Shown: positions 38,151-49,015, counted from the first letter of the stretch. The stretch is 64,000 nucleotides of DNA from a bacterium (GCA_016789445.1 JAEUQT010000002.1:8052-72051), one strand, 5' to 3'. Made by a program: numbers and translations. Notes: generated by a model not told the origin, from the letters alone.

Positions 38151-39281
38151 GTGCGGATGTCAGGTTTTCTCGGGCGCCTCTTCGGACACATCGACTGGTA
38201 CCTATTCTTTGCGGCACTGAGTGTCTCCGTTCTTGGATTGGTGACGATGTATCCCTTCGGGCAAGGCGGCGAAGCCTTCTTCGATCGACAGATCATCTGG
38301 ATCGGCCTCGCGCTCCTAGTCTTCTTTCTCGCAGCGATACCGGAATATACATTCCTGCGCCGCACCCAGATCGTGACCACTCTCTACATCCTTATCCTCT
38401 CGCTGCTTGCGCTCATCTTTCTTACCGGAACCATCGTCAAAGGTGCGCAGCAGCGCTTCGACTTCGGTTTCTTCGCGCTGCAGCCGTCGGATCCGGCGAA
38501 GCTCATCCTTATCATCGTCTTGGCGAAATACTTCGCGCGGCGTCACGTCGAGATCGCGAACTTCAAGCACATTTTCATTTCCGGTGCGTATGCCGCTGCT
38601 ATCTGCGGACTCGTCTTCCTGCAGCCTGACTTCGGCGGCGCCATCATCATCGCGTCCATCTGGTTCGGTATGGTCTTGGTCGCCGGTATCTCGTGGAAGC
38701 ATCTCGCGTTCCTGCTTATAACCGGACTCATCGCCGCAGGGTCCTTGTGGATGTTCGTACTGCAGCCCTACCAGAAGGAGCGCGTGATGACGTTCATCCA
38801 TCCGTTAGCTGACATCCACGGTGCGGGATACAACGCGTATCAATCGACCGTTGCGGTCGGCTCAGGCGAACTGTTAGGAAAGGGAATCGGCTTCGGCACG
38901 CAGTCGAAGCTACGCTTCCTCCCCGAATACCAGACCGACTTTATCTTCGCCGCCTATGCGGAGGAGTGGGGATTCCTCGGCGTCCTCATCGCGCTCGGCC
39001 TTTTTGCGGTCATCGTGCTCCGTACGCTGGTCATTGCGAGTCATGGATCGGACAACTTCGCGGTCCTCTTCGGCGTCGGCATCGCGATCATGTTCCTGGC
39101 GCACATCATCGTGCATATCGGTATGAATCTCGGGCTCCTGCCGGTTACCGGTACGACGGTGCCGTTCATGAGTTATGGCGGCTCTCACTTGCTGACCGAG
39201 TTCCTCGCGCTCGGCATGCTCATGGGCCTGCGCCGCGCTGAGCGACCGCTCTCGCGCGAGAAGGAGTTACTCGGTGTATAA
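38151..39281 (+). CDS. SEDS-family peptidoglycan glycosyltransferase (RodA/FtsW)
   Basis: Ten TM helices with FtsW/RodA motifs (QPS.PAK...I...A.Y, DFIFA...EE.GF.G). Confidence 0.8.
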   Translation: MRMSGFLGRLFGHIDWYLFFAALSVSVLGLVTMYPFGQGGEAFFDRQIIWIGLALLVFFLAAIPEYTFLRRTQIVTTLYILILSLLALIFLTGTIVKGAQQRFDFGFFALQPSDPAKLILIIVLAKYFARRHVEIANFKHIFISGAYAAAICGLVFLQPDFGGAIIIASIWFGMVLVAGISWKHLAFLLITGLIAAGSLWMFVLQPYQKERVMTFIHPLADIHGAGYNAYQSTVAVGSGELLGKGIGFGTQSKLRFLPEYQTDFIFAAYAEEWGFLGVLIALGLFAVIVLRTLVIASHGSDNFAVLFGVGIAIMFLAHIIVHIGMNLGLLPVTGTTVPFMSYGGSHLLTEFLALGMLMGLRRAERPLSREKELLGV

Positions 39282-40403
39282 CTTAGCGGTTTTCTCAACC
39301 ATCTGATCAAGCGAGAAGACTTTCTGGATACGCTTTAAAAGCTCGTCGGAGAGTGATCGCGCAAGCGTCGCGTCTCCCAGTACTTTCTCGATAGCTTCAG
39401 AGAATGCGCGAGCTGCACCTGACTGGACGGTCAGTCCCGTGAAATTGTGGAGGATGATGTCGCGCACGCCTGCGGTATCGCTCGCGACCGCGGGGATGTA
39501 GGCATAGCCCGCTTCCATGAGAACGTAGGGAAGTCCTTCTTTCTGTGAGGTGAGCAGGAATGCATCGAAGGCGCGCAGATACTGCGCAGCCTCCGGTACG
39601 AAGCCGAGAAAATGCACGCGTGATGCGACGCCTGCATCTTCTGCGCGCGCGCTGAGCTTTTCTTTCTCCTCGCCATCGCCGATGACGATCAGGTGTGCAT
39701 CGGATTCAAGAAAGCCCACCATCTCGATCGCCGTCGCATAATCTTTATTGACGTGCAATTCTCCAATCATGCCGATCCACTTCGCGTCCGATGGGATGCT
39801 GGCGTCCAGCGTACGGATATCGCGCCGCGCATCTTCAGGTGAGAGGAAGCGTGGTGTGAGGATGCCGTTGTGGATGAGTGCCACTCTCTTTGGCAGGAAC
39901 GGCAATTTCTTCAGACGGTCTGCGGTGTCGTTGGCGATGGCGATCGTGTGGTGGGAGAGAAGAACCGTCATCCACGTCGCGATCGTAATGGCGAATCGTG
40001 AAAGCGTACCGCGGTCTTCGTCGAACGGGAGTCCGTGCGAGGTGAAAATGATGTGCTTCACGCCCGCAATGCGTCCGGCAAGCGCGCCCAAACCGCCGGC
40101 CTTCGAACTGTTGAGGTGTACGACATCTGGTTTTTCTTTCTTAAAGAGTCGCGCTAATGCGCCGAGGGCTTTCATATCCCCGAGCGGGTTCACGTCGCGG
40201 GAGAGTTCCGGTACGAGGAGGATCCGGATGCCTGCCTGAGCGAGCACTTTCGCAAGGCGACCTGGTTTTCCGTCGGGGGCAGGGCCAAAGGCGACGGTAA
40301 CCTCAAAGCGATCTTTAGGGAGGTTCGTCGCGAGGTCGTGGACGTAGCGTTGGGCTCCTCCGTAGTTGGATTTAGTGACCACCAGCAGTACTTTTGTTGC
40401 CAT
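39267..40403 (-). CDS. Glycosyltransferase family 4 (GT-B fold)
   Basis: N-terminal GGAQRYV...L and C-terminal E.G.P..LMEA...G.P.V.S motif. Confidence 0.8.
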   Translation of the reverse strand: MATKVLLVVTKSNYGGAQRYVHDLATNLPKDRFEVTVAFGPAPDGKPGRLAKVLAQAGIRILLVPELSRDVNPLGDMKALGALARLFKKEKPDVVHLNSSKAGGLGALAGRIAGVKHIIFTSHGLPFDEDRGTLSRFAITIATWMTVLLSHHTIAIANDTADRLKKLPFLPKRVALIHNGILTPRFLSPEDARRDIRTLDASIPSDAKWIGMIGELHVNKDYATAIEMVGFLESDAHLIVIGDGEEKEKLSARAEDAGVASRVHFLGFVPEAAQYLRAFDAFLLTSQKEGLPYVLMEAGYAYIPAVASDTAGVRDIILHNFTGLTVQSGAARAFSEAIEKVLGDATLARSLSDELLKRIQKVFSLDQMVEKTAKLYTE

Positions 40404-40462
40404 ACGCGAGGGCCGAAATGTGGCTTGTAGTATAGCTTTTTTATCGGTATGATGCCAGGACT

Positions 40463-41818
40463 ATGACCCTGGTTCCGAAACGGGACTATCTCATCCTCCT
40501 TCTGGGAGATCTGTGTATTTTTGCTGCCTCGCTTTGGGTGGCGCTGACGCTGCGGTATCTGGAGATTCCGTCCCTGAGCTTCCTCAGTCTCCACACTGCA
40601 CCGTTTTCCATCCTCTTCGTGGCGTGGGTCGGTATCTTTTTCCTTGCCGGGCTCTATGGTCGCTACACCCGCATCTTTCGCACGAAGCTCCTCTCGACCA
40701 TCGTGTATACGCAGCTCATCAACGTCATCATCGCAGCCCTCTTCTTCTTCTTCGTCGAATTCTTCCTTATCGCACCGAAGACGGTCCTTCTCATCTATCT
40801 CATCGTCTCGTCGTTCCTTATTATCTTCTGGCGTGCGTTTCTCTATCCGCGTTTGCGTGGCGGTCGGAAGTTGAAGGGCGTGCTCATCGCCGCGGGAGCT
40901 GATGCTCGTGCATTGGCAGAAGAGATCGGATCGGATTCACGCTATCCCTTCGCCTTCGAATATGTCGTCGATACGTCGCAGACGCCATCACACGAGGTCA
41001 TCCAACACGCATGCCGTGTCGCCGAGGAAGACGATATTGCATTCCTCGTGGTGGATGTCTCCGACAATGCGATCCAGACGGCACTGCCGATCCTCTACGA
41101 TGCTGCGTTCCATAAGCGCCGCTTCGTGATGGTGAATATGATGGATCTCTATCAGGAAGTCTTCGACCGCGTCCCGCTCTCATTAGTGAAGTACGAGTGG
41201 GTGTTGGAGAATTCATCCATCTCACCGGCGTACGATATTCTGAAGCGACTCATGGATGTCGCTGCGGCGCTCATCGGTGGCGCGCTCTCGTTGCTCCTCT
41301 ATCCCTTTATCATGCTCGCGATCAAGCTTGATGATGGGGGAGATATTTTCATCAAACAGGAACGCGTCGGTCGCTTCCAAAAGCCCATCTATGTCTACAA
41401 GTTCCGCAGCATGACGGGGAATGACAGTGGCAAGTACGGCGAAAGCGGCAAGAGTGAACTGGTGGTTACGCGCGTCGGCCGGATCCTACGCGTCCTGCGT
41501 CTCGATGAGCTGCCACAGATCTGGAATGTCTTGAAGGGCGATCTCTCGGTCGTCGGACCGCGCCCGGAATTCCCGACGCTCGCCGAGCACTACAACGCAC
41601 GCATTCCATACTACAACGCGCGCTACCTCGTCACCCCCGGACTCACCGGTTGGGCGCAGATTTTGCACGATCGTCATCCGCACCACGGCACCGACGTCGC
41701 GGCCACGAAAGAAAAACTCTCGTACGATCTCTACTATTTCCTGCGTCGTTCGCTCTTGCTCGATCTCTACGTCATCTTCCAGACGGTACGTATTGTGCTC
41801 ACCGCGAAGGGCACGTAG
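40463..41818 (+). CDS. Polyprenyl-phosphate sugar phosphotransferase (WbaP/bacterial sugar transferase family)
   Basis: Four N-terminal TM helices plus the C-terminal catalytic domain (QERVG......YKFRSM.....DELPQ..NVL.GD.S.VGPRP). Confidence 0.85.
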   Translation: MTLVPKRDYLILLLGDLCIFAASLWVALTLRYLEIPSLSFLSLHTAPFSILFVAWVGIFFLAGLYGRYTRIFRTKLLSTIVYTQLINVIIAALFFFFVEFFLIAPKTVLLIYLIVSSFLIIFWRAFLYPRLRGGRKLKGVLIAAGADARALAEEIGSDSRYPFAFEYVVDTSQTPSHEVIQHACRVAEEDDIAFLVVDVSDNAIQTALPILYDAAFHKRRFVMVNMMDLYQEVFDRVPLSLVKYEWVLENSSISPAYDILKRLMDVAAALIGGALSLLLYPFIMLAIKLDDGGDIFIKQERVGRFQKPIYVYKFRSMTGNDSGKYGESGKSELVVTRVGRILRVLRLDELPQIWNVLKGDLSVVGPRPEFPTLAEHYNARIPYYNARYLVTPGLTGWAQILHDRHPHHGTDVAATKEKLSYDLYYFLRRSLLLDLYVIFQTVRIVLTAKGT

Positions 41819-41827
41819 TATCAGGAT

Positions 41828-42739
41828 ATGGCTGATAAAGCAGTAGTAACCGGCGGCGGAGGATTCATCGGTGCGCACATCGCTGATGCACTCGTCGCTA
41901 AGGGATTCGACGTGCATGTCGTCGACACGTTCGTCGCAGGGCGATTCGAAGATCGCATCAATCCGAGGGTGACCTATCACGAGGTAGACATACGGGATTA
42001 CGAAAAGCTCGTTCCAATCCTCAAGGATGCTGTGTATGTATTCCACGAAGCCGCGCTTCCGCGCGTGCAGTTTTCCATCGAGAATCCGATCGAGACGTTT
42101 GCAGTAAACGTCGAAGGTCTCGTCGCAACGCTGAAAGCTGCGCACGAAGGCGGTGTTCGTAAGTTCGTCTTCGCGAGTTCCGGCTCGGTGTATGGCGATC
42201 AGGAAACCATGCCGCTCACGGAAGATATGAGCGCGCAGCCGAAGAGTCCATATGGCCTGCAGAAGCATGTTGGCGAACTGACATGCAAGGTCTGGAGCGA
42301 GGTATATGGATTGCCGACGGTATGTCTTCGCTATTTCAACGTCTACGGTTCACGCATGGATCCGAACGGTGCTTATGCGCTCGCGGTCGGAAAGTTCATC
42401 AAACAGCGTCAGGACGGAAATCCGATCACCATCTGGGGTGACGGAACGCATAGTCGCGATTTCACCCATGTGACAGATGTCGTCAACGCTAACCTTTTGG
42501 CAGCGGAATCGACAAAGGTGGGGAAGGGAGAGGTTATCAATATCGGCGCGGGTAAGAACCGCACGGTGAACGAGCTCGCAGCAGCAGTCGGGGGACCTAC
42601 CGTTAACGAACCGGAACGCTTGGAGCCGGCGCACGCACTCGCCGACAATCGGAAGGCGAAGGAACTCCTCGGTTGGGAACCAACGATCTCGCTTGAAGAC
42701 GGTGTTGCCGAGCTTAAGAAAGCTGCAGGACTTACATGA
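41828..42739 (+). CDS. NAD-dependent sugar epimerase/dehydratase (UDP-hexose 4-epimerase-like SDR)
   Basis: TGGGGFIG Rossmann motif and YxxxK catalytic pair (SPYGLQK). Confidence 0.8.
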   Translation: MADKAVVTGGGGFIGAHIADALVAKGFDVHVVDTFVAGRFEDRINPRVTYHEVDIRDYEKLVPILKDAVYVFHEAALPRVQFSIENPIETFAVNVEGLVATLKAAHEGGVRKFVFASSGSVYGDQETMPLTEDMSAQPKSPYGLQKHVGELTCKVWSEVYGLPTVCLRYFNVYGSRMDPNGAYALAVGKFIKQRQDGNPITIWGDGTHSRDFTHVTDVVNANLLAAESTKVGKGEVINIGAGKNRTVNELAAAVGGPTVNEPERLEPAHALADNRKAKELLGWEPTISLEDGVAELKKAAGLT

Positions 42740-43497
42740 TCATCGACGGGAAGAGAATCGCGGAAGAAATCTACGGGAGCTTGCAGCTCCCGCGTCCGCT
42801 TACGCTCGGCATCCTGGTCGGAGCGGAGAATCCGGTAACCGATTCGTTCGTGCGCATCAAAGAAAAAGCCGCGGCGCGTCTGGGTGTTACCTTGGTTCGT
42901 CACGAGATCGCGAAGGATGCAACGACTGAACGTGCGGTCGCTGGCGTTGCTGAACTTGTTGGCTCAACCGATGGCATCATCGTACAGCTTCCGCTCCCGC
43001 ACGGAATCGAAGTCGAGACCGTGCTCGCGGCAATCCCGCCTGAAAAGGATGTTGATGGTATCTCGCCGCATCCGAAAGTCCGTCCGCCGGTCGCTGAGGC
43101 GGTCGGGGAAATCCTTGTTCGTGCAGGTATTGATCCGCACGGAAAGAAAGCGGCGGTCGTGGGTTCAGGTCGTTTGGTTGGCGCACCGGTCGCTGCGCTT
43201 CTCGCGAATCTCGGTGCAGACGTCCACGTGCTTACCTTAGGGGATTCTTTAGATGGATTGAAAGAAGCGGATATCATCGTCTCGGGTGCAGGGAAGCCGG
43301 GACTTATACAGCCTGAGTATGTAAGAGAGGGCGCCGTGCTTGTCGATGCGGGAACGAGTGAGAGCGAAGGGAAGGTGATCGGTGATGCTGATCCCGCATG
43401 CGCTGATAAAGCATCTGTTTTTACGCCGGTTCCTGGCGGTGTCGGGCCAATCGCGGTCGCGATGATTTTCAAGAATCTCGTCGAGCTCGCAAAATAA
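42736..43497 (+). CDS. folD: Methylenetetrahydrofolate dehydrogenase/cyclohydrolase FolD (compact form)
   Basis: Conserved FolD motifs (DGIIVQLPLP, DVDG, GAGKPG, TPVPGGVGP). 253 aa, shorter than usual. Confidence 0.7.
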   Translation: MIIDGKRIAEEIYGSLQLPRPLTLGILVGAENPVTDSFVRIKEKAAARLGVTLVRHEIAKDATTERAVAGVAELVGSTDGIIVQLPLPHGIEVETVLAAIPPEKDVDGISPHPKVRPPVAEAVGEILVRAGIDPHGKKAAVVGSGRLVGAPVAALLANLGADVHVLTLGDSLDGLKEADIIVSGAGKPGLIQPEYVREGAVLVDAGTSESEGKVIGDADPACADKASVFTPVPGGVGPIAVAMIFKNLVELAK

Positions 43498-43527
43498 AAA
43501 GCGGGAACCAGAGGTTCCCGCTTTCCT
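43496..43527. terminator. Bidirectional terminator (AAAAAGCGGGAACC-aga-GGTTCCCGCTTTCC)
   Basis: Perfect 9-bp stem between convergent folD and the 43527-44417 gene. Confidence 0.6.
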
Positions 43528-44417
43528 TAGAGTGCATACTTCTGCTCGATTTCCGCACACGTTTGTTCGTGAGCGAGGACCTGAGCAGCTTCTTCCTTGG
43601 TGAGAGTCGGATGCACGAAGGAAACCACGGCGAAACGGTCATCTGTCGCGCCTGATTCACGTGCGGTGTCGACGACGCCATGCAGCGTGCCGTGTCCGTA
43701 CGCGTACTTCGTGATGGCTCCGAACTTCTTGCCGGGGAAGATGCAGATCGTGTCGTACTCGGTCTCGAGAATGCGGTGGCGCGTTCCCGATTCGTCGATG
43801 ACAACCAGTCCCTGTCGGCTGCCCCACCAATGGACGGTGATGCCGGCGCGATCGATATGAGCGGTCGCATCAGGCTTTCCGACTGCCCGCTCCAGATATC
43901 GGAGCGTGCGCGTGACGCATGCGCCGCCGATGAATGATTGCTCGAGCGAATAGGGAACCTGTATCCCGTTCGCAGCATGATATTCATCGAGCAGCGTGCC
44001 GACGAGCGTGGCGATTCCCAGTGAGCGACGATTCAGATCTTCCATCGCATGGAAAAGATCGGTGTACCGATCCACGGGAGCGGCTCGTGCGATCATGCGA
44101 TCGGCAGTTTCCTTGAAGCAGTGGAAGAACCACTTCTGCTCCCGTTCACTGCGGCGATAGAGGCCGCTGTCGTGCTGCCAGCCGACTTCATCGCGACCGA
44201 AGATGTCGGCTGCGAATGCGTCGCGATCCTCGCCGTCGATCATCCGGCGCACATCATTGATGATGGCCGGTGTATGTTCGGCGAGTACGCTCGGGTCGTA
44301 TCGGATCTGCAGGAAGCCTTGGCGAAGAAATGTTTCAACGCCGCCGGCTTCACGTATGGTTTCTCTAAGATCATAGGCGTGTGCCTCACTGCGAGACAAC
44401 GTCGCTGTACCGTGCAT
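43527..44417 (-). CDS. Hypothetical protein, possible Fe(II)/2-oxoglutarate-dependent dioxygenase fold
   Basis: 296 aa with a candidate HxD...H facial triad (AHIDRAG ... GHGTLH). The family assignment is tentative; a profile search is needed. Confidence 0.45.
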   Translation of the reverse strand: MHGTATLSRSEAHAYDLRETIREAGGVETFLRQGFLQIRYDPSVLAEHTPAIINDVRRMIDGEDRDAFAADIFGRDEVGWQHDSGLYRRSEREQKWFFHCFKETADRMIARAAPVDRYTDLFHAMEDLNRRSLGIATLVGTLLDEYHAANGIQVPYSLEQSFIGGACVTRTLRYLERAVGKPDATAHIDRAGITVHWWGSRQGLVVIDESGTRHRILETEYDTICIFPGKKFGAITKYAYGHGTLHGVVDTARESGATDDRFAVVSFVHPTLTKEEAAQVLAHEQTCAEIEQKYAL

Positions 44418-44578
44418 GAGAAAACTCCTTTTCCAGTGCCGGCTGTGAAGGTTCAGTATTGAACCCTGTAGCCCATCGTAGCCTCTTAAAAACGGGGGAT
44501 TTTGCCGCTTTCGGGATTCGTGGCCTCATATGGGGATATCTGGTGGATAACCGGAAACGGGGTACAATACGGCGCTAT

Positions 44579-45883
44579 ATGAAGTACCGTCTGGGAGCAG
44601 TCGTCATCCTCATTCTCGGGGCGCTTTTGGTGTGGTACGTCTACCAGTCTGAAGTCAGCGGCTCCAAGAAGTTCCGCCTCGGGCTCGACCTCTCGGGCGG
44701 CACCCAGCTCCTCTACAAGGCGGATACCAGCGCGATCGCGGGGGATGTCGAGGAATCGATGAATGCATTGCGTGAGACCATCGAGCGCCGCGTAAACCTC
44801 TTCGGCGTCGCGGAGCCGATCGTGCAGCGTGAGAAAGGAAGCTCGGTCGCGGGCGAAGGCGAGGAGCGCCTCATCATCGAATTGCCGGGAGTCACTGATG
44901 CGAACGAGGCGATCCGTCAGATCGGCCAGACGCCGGTTCTCGAATTCCGCATGCTCAAGGAAGATGCGCCACAAACCGCATCGACGACGGTGAACGAGCA
45001 GTTCGGTCCAGCCATCCTTACCGGTCGCCACATCAGCCGCGCCGAATTGCAGTTCGGTCAGGCAGGAGGCTTCTCCAACGAGGCGGTGGTCGTCATCCAT
45101 TTCAATACTGAAGGTAGGGACATCTTTGCGAAGACGACTAAGGATAATGTCGGCAAGGTATTCGGCATTTTCCTCGATGGAACGCCGATCTCCACGCCGG
45201 TCATCAACGAGGCGATCCCTGATGGTACGGCGGTCATCTCAGGCAGCTTCACGCCGGACGCGGCGCGTGAACTTGTGCGCAACCTCAACTTCGGCGCACT
45301 TCCAGTACCGATCGATCTCGTCTCGACGCAGACCGTGTCCGGTACGCTCGGTGGCGAAGCGGTGCAGGACGGTGTCATGGCGGGCCTCATCGGTTTCGCG
45401 GCGGTCGCACTCTTCATGATCCTCTGGTACCGCCTTCCGGGTTTTGTCGCGATCCTCGCCCTCTCGGTCTACGTCATCCTCTCGCTCGCGCTCTTCAAGC
45501 TCATTCCAGTGACGCTCACGGCGGCGGGTATCGCCGCATTCATTCTCTCGATCGGTATGGCGGTGGATGCCAACGTACTTATCTTCGCCCGCATGCGTGA
45601 GGAGTTGGCTCGCGGTAAGGATATGGAAGAAGCGATCCACGACGGTTTTGCGCGCGCATGGCTCTCGATCCGCGACTCGAATATCTCTTCCATCATCACC
45701 GCGATCATCCTCTTCTGGTTTGGTACTTCGATCATCCAGGGCTTCGCACTTGTCTTCGGTCTCGGCGTGGTGATCTCGATGTTCACGGCGATCACGGTCT
45801 CGCGCACGTTCCTCCTCGCTATTGCCCCCAAGAAGGCTGGTCGTATGACCAAATTCCTCTTCGGTAGCGGCATCAAGATCTAA
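44579..45883 (+). CDS. secD: Protein translocase subunit SecD
   Basis: LGLDLSGGT motif, a periplasmic domain and six C-terminal TM helices. Start chosen at MKYRLG (signal/TM helix). The upstream in-frame ATG at 44459 would add 40 non-conserved residues. Confidence 0.85.
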   Translation: MKYRLGAVVILILGALLVWYVYQSEVSGSKKFRLGLDLSGGTQLLYKADTSAIAGDVEESMNALRETIERRVNLFGVAEPIVQREKGSSVAGEGEERLIIELPGVTDANEAIRQIGQTPVLEFRMLKEDAPQTASTTVNEQFGPAILTGRHISRAELQFGQAGGFSNEAVVVIHFNTEGRDIFAKTTKDNVGKVFGIFLDGTPISTPVINEAIPDGTAVISGSFTPDAARELVRNLNFGALPVPIDLVSTQTVSGTLGGEAVQDGVMAGLIGFAAVALFMILWYRLPGFVAILALSVYVILSLALFKLIPVTLTAAGIAAFILSIGMAVDANVLIFARMREELARGKDMEEAIHDGFARAWLSIRDSNISSIITAIILFWFGTSIIQGFALVFGLGVVISMFTAITVSRTFLLAIAPKKAGRMTKFLFGSGIKI

Positions 45884-45884
45884 T

Positions 45885-46790
45885 ATGCTTATCGTCAAAT
45901 ACAGGAACACGTTCTTCGCACTCACTGCAGCCCTTGCGGTGGCGGCGCTCGTCGTGCTAGGTGTCTTCGGGCTCCACATCGGTACCGACTTCACGGGCGG
46001 GGCACTCATTGAAGTGCAGTATCCGCAGAATCGTCCTTCGGTAGAGGAAGTGAAAGAATCCCTCACGAATGCGGGACTTGAAGATGTGACCGTGCGTGGT
46101 GCAGGAGAATACAGCTACATCGTGCGTGCCGCGCCGCTCTCGCAGGATGCTCGCGCGAAAGTTGCTGAGGCGGTCGCTATCAACGGCACGCAGCCGGTCA
46201 TCGAGCGCCTCACTGACGTTGGGCCCTCCATCGGTTCGGAGCTCCGCACGAAGGCGATCATCGCGCTCGGTCTCGTGGCGCTCTGCATCATGCTCTACAT
46301 CGCCTTCGTCTTCCGCAAGGTCTCGAAGCCGGTCTCTTCATGGGTATACGGCGTGATCACGGTCATTACGCTCTTGCATGACCTCGCGATCCCGCTCGGC
46401 GCGTTCGCGATCTTCGGACATCTCTGGGGTGCGCAGGTGGATACGCTGTTCGTCACCGCGATCCTTACGGTCCTCGGCTACTCGGTGCACGACACCATCG
46501 TCGTATTCGACCGAACTCGTGAGAATCTGCGTCTCAATGAGGAGCATAAGCGCAAGGAGGACTTCGAGCACGTCGCAGGACGCTCGATCGAGCAGACCTT
46601 CGTGCGCTCGGTGAACACTTCGATGACCACGCTCGTCTCGCTCGGAGCCCTCTTCTTCTTCGGCCCGGTCGCGACGCAGGATTTCGCACTGACGCTCATC
46701 ATCGGTGTCATCGCGGGAACCTATTCTTCCATCGCACTTGCGACGCCGCTCCTCGTCGCCTACGAACGCTGGAGTGCCAAGCGTTCCTAA
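45885..46790 (+). CDS. secF: Protein translocase subunit SecF
   Basis: DFTGG motif and six TM helices, directly downstream of secD. Confidence 0.85.
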   Translation: MLIVKYRNTFFALTAALAVAALVVLGVFGLHIGTDFTGGALIEVQYPQNRPSVEEVKESLTNAGLEDVTVRGAGEYSYIVRAAPLSQDARAKVAEAVAINGTQPVIERLTDVGPSIGSELRTKAIIALGLVALCIMLYIAFVFRKVSKPVSSWVYGVITVITLLHDLAIPLGAFAIFGHLWGAQVDTLFVTAILTVLGYSVHDTIVVFDRTRENLRLNEEHKRKEDFEHVAGRSIEQTFVRSVNTSMTTLVSLGALFFFGPVATQDFALTLIIGVIAGTYSSIALATPLLVAYERWSAKRS

Positions 46791-46795
46791 AAGAG

Positions 46796-46826
46796 AAAGG
46801 TGCCGCTTGGCGGCACCTTTTTGATT
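46796..46826. terminator. Bidirectional terminator (GGTGCCGC-ttg-GCGGCACCTTTTTGATT)
   Basis: Perfect stem between the secF stop and the stop of the minus-strand small ORF. Confidence 0.6.
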
Positions 46827-47016
46827 ACCAGGTACGGATCTCCGTGGTGCGCGTCGACAGTCGGTCGCGAAGATCGTTCTTGTGAGCGATCATGCCGCGT
46901 TTCGTGTCAGCGCGAACCTGTTTGAGCCACTCCTGGAATTCAGGCGATGAACGATACTCGACACCCCAGATCTGGACATAGAGATCATCGTGTTCGCCAG
47001 GATCCTTATGGACCAT
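46825..47016 (-). CDS. Hypothetical small protein (63-67 aa)
   Basis: GGAGGAG lies 5 nt upstream of the second ATG (MVHKDP...). Basic and helical, ending at the bidirectional terminator. Confidence 0.45.
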   Translation of the reverse strand: MVHKDPGEHDDLYVQIWGVEYRSSPEFQEWLKQVRADTKRGMIAHKNDLRDRLSTRTTEIRTW

Positions 47017-47278
47017 AGTCTCCTCCATTCTAAAGAACAGAAACCAAAACCCCCTCCGGGAAGGAGGGGGTTGGTATCAAGTGGGGGTTACTTAATCACA
47101 ATCCTCTCCTTCGCGAGGGGGTGCGTAAACCAATACCAGACGAAGCTGGCGGTGCGGAGGAGGTTTCGGACCTTCGATTGCATACGGAAAGGGTAGCACG
47201 GCACTGGGGGTCCGCAAGGGGGAGGGGCGGTCCCGCGGCGGACCCCTCTTTTATGGCTCAGTTGAGGCGCGGTAGCGC

Positions 47279-47306
47279 TTGACAGGGGTCGGAAAGCGAC
47301 TATACT
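47279..47306 (+). promoter_or_regulatory. 16S rRNA promoter TTGACA-N16-TATACT
   Basis: Consensus-like hexamers about 250 nt upstream of 16S. A terminator-like structure (GGGGTCCGC...GCGGACCCC + TCTTTTAT, 47208-47254) precedes it. Confidence 0.5.
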
Positions 47307-47554
47307 GCCTCTACTTGTCTCACTCTACTGATCTAGAGCTTCGTGAGATCGAGGATCCCACGAGGCCTTCTTTGGCGTGGGGTAGACCTTTGAAAACTGA
47401 AGAGAGAAACAAACGATCTCCGACCCGCAAGGGTTCGGGGAACACACACATAAGCAAGAACACAAGAAAGTAAAAGAAAGCATTGGAACAAAAGATGTAC
47501 ATTCTTTTGTTCCGTCCAACCTAATCAAGATAGGAGTAGAAATACTCCGTCTTT

Positions 47555-49015
47555 AACTGAGAGTTTGATCCTAGCTCAGGGTGAATGCTGGCGACGTGGA
47601 TAGGGCATGCAAGTCAAGGGGACCGCAAGGTAACCGGCAGACGAGATAGTAACGCGTAGGAACGTACCCAGAAGTCGGGCACAGCTCGCCGAAAGGCGGG
47701 GTAATTCCCGATGGTCTCGCAAGAGTAAAGATTTATCGCTTCTGGAGCGGCCTGCGTAATATCAGCTAGTTGGTGAGGTAATGGCTCACCAAGGCTATGA
47801 CGTTTAGGGGAGCTGAGAGGCTGACCCCCATCGATGGAATTGAGATACGGTCCATACTCCTACGGGAGGCTGCAGTCGAGAATATTCGACAATGGGCGAA
47901 AGCCTGATCGAGCGACGTCGCGTGGTGGATGAAGTCCTTCGGGACGTAAACATCTTTTATGAGGGAGGAAGTTATTGACGTTACCTCATGAATAAGGGGC
48001 TCCAAACTCTGTGCCAGCAGGAGCGGTAATACAGAGGCCCCAAGCATTACCCGGAATCATTGGGCGTAAAGGGTGCGTAGGTGGTCATATTAGTCGAATG
48101 TTAAATCCCGGGGCTTAACTCCGGAATCGCGTTCGAAACGGTACGACTCGAGAGCGTGAGAGGTGAATGGAACTCATGGTGTAGGGGTGAAATCCGTTGA
48201 TATCATGGGGAACACCGAAAGCGAAAGCAATTCACTGGCACGTTTCTGACACTCAAGCACGAAAGCGTGGGTAGCGAACGGGATTAGATACCCCGGTAGT
48301 CCACGCCCTAAACGATGATAACTGGATTTAGGGAGTATCGACCCTCTCTGAGTCGAAGCTAACGCGTTAAGTTATCCGCCTGGGTAGTACGGTCGCAAGA
48401 CTAAAACTCAAAGGAATAGACGGGGGCTTGCACAAGTGGTGGAGCGTGTGGCTTAATTCGTCGCTAAGCGAAGAACCTTACCAAGGTTAGAAATCCTACT
48501 GCACGCCTTCCGAAAGGAAGGAAGCCTTCGAGGGTGTAGGACAGGTGATGCATGGCTGTCGTCAGTTCGTGGTTTGAATCGTTCCCTTCAGTGGGGTAAC
48601 GAACGCAACCCTCGTTGCCTGTTATATTTGTCAGGCGAGACTGCCCCCTCACGGGGGAGGAAGGTGGGGATGACGCCAAGTCAGCATGTCCCTCTGATAT
48701 CTTGGGCTGCACACGCGCTACAATGGCTACTACAGCGGGGCGCGACGGGGTAACCCTGAGCAAATCCTTCAAAAGTAGCCTCAGTTCGGATTGAGGTCTG
48801 CAACCCGACCTCATGAAGCTGGAATCACTAGTAATCGCGGGTCAGCCACACCGCGGTGAATACGTTCTCAAGCCTTGTACTCACCGCCCGTCAAGTCAGG
48901 GGAGTTGGGAGTGCCCGAAGCGCATCCTTGCGATGCTTCAAGGCAAACTCAATGACAAAGACTAAGTCGTAACAAGGCACGGGTAGCGGAAGCTGCTCGT
49001 GGATTCATTCTAAAC
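47555..49015 (+). rRNA. rrs: 16S ribosomal RNA (unlinked from 23S-5S), with a non-canonical 3-prime tail
   Basis: GAGTTTGATCCTAGCTCAG start, CTCCTACGGGAGGCTGCAG, GTGCCAGCAGGAGCGGTAATAC, GGATTAGATACCCCGGTAGTCC, AAACTCAAAGGAATAGACGGGGG and GTCGTAACAAGG. The 3-prime end reads GGATTCATTCTAAACAACCTTCTCTT instead of GGATCACCTCCTTA, so the exact 3-prime boundary is uncertain. Confidence 0.85.

Noticed and set aside
37288-38217. 309-aa minus-strand ORF overlapping the 37339-38124 gene
   Set aside because: Arg-rich, low-complexity translation. The + strand ORF has a TM anchor, a proper -10 upstream and protein-like composition.
41486-42268. 260-aa minus-strand ORF antisense to the sugar transferase and epimerase genes
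   Set aside because: Spans two well-supported + strand genes. Shadow ORF.
45239-46066. 275-aa minus-strand ORF antisense to secD/secF
   Set aside because: Shadow ORF. secD and secF are unambiguous on the + strand.
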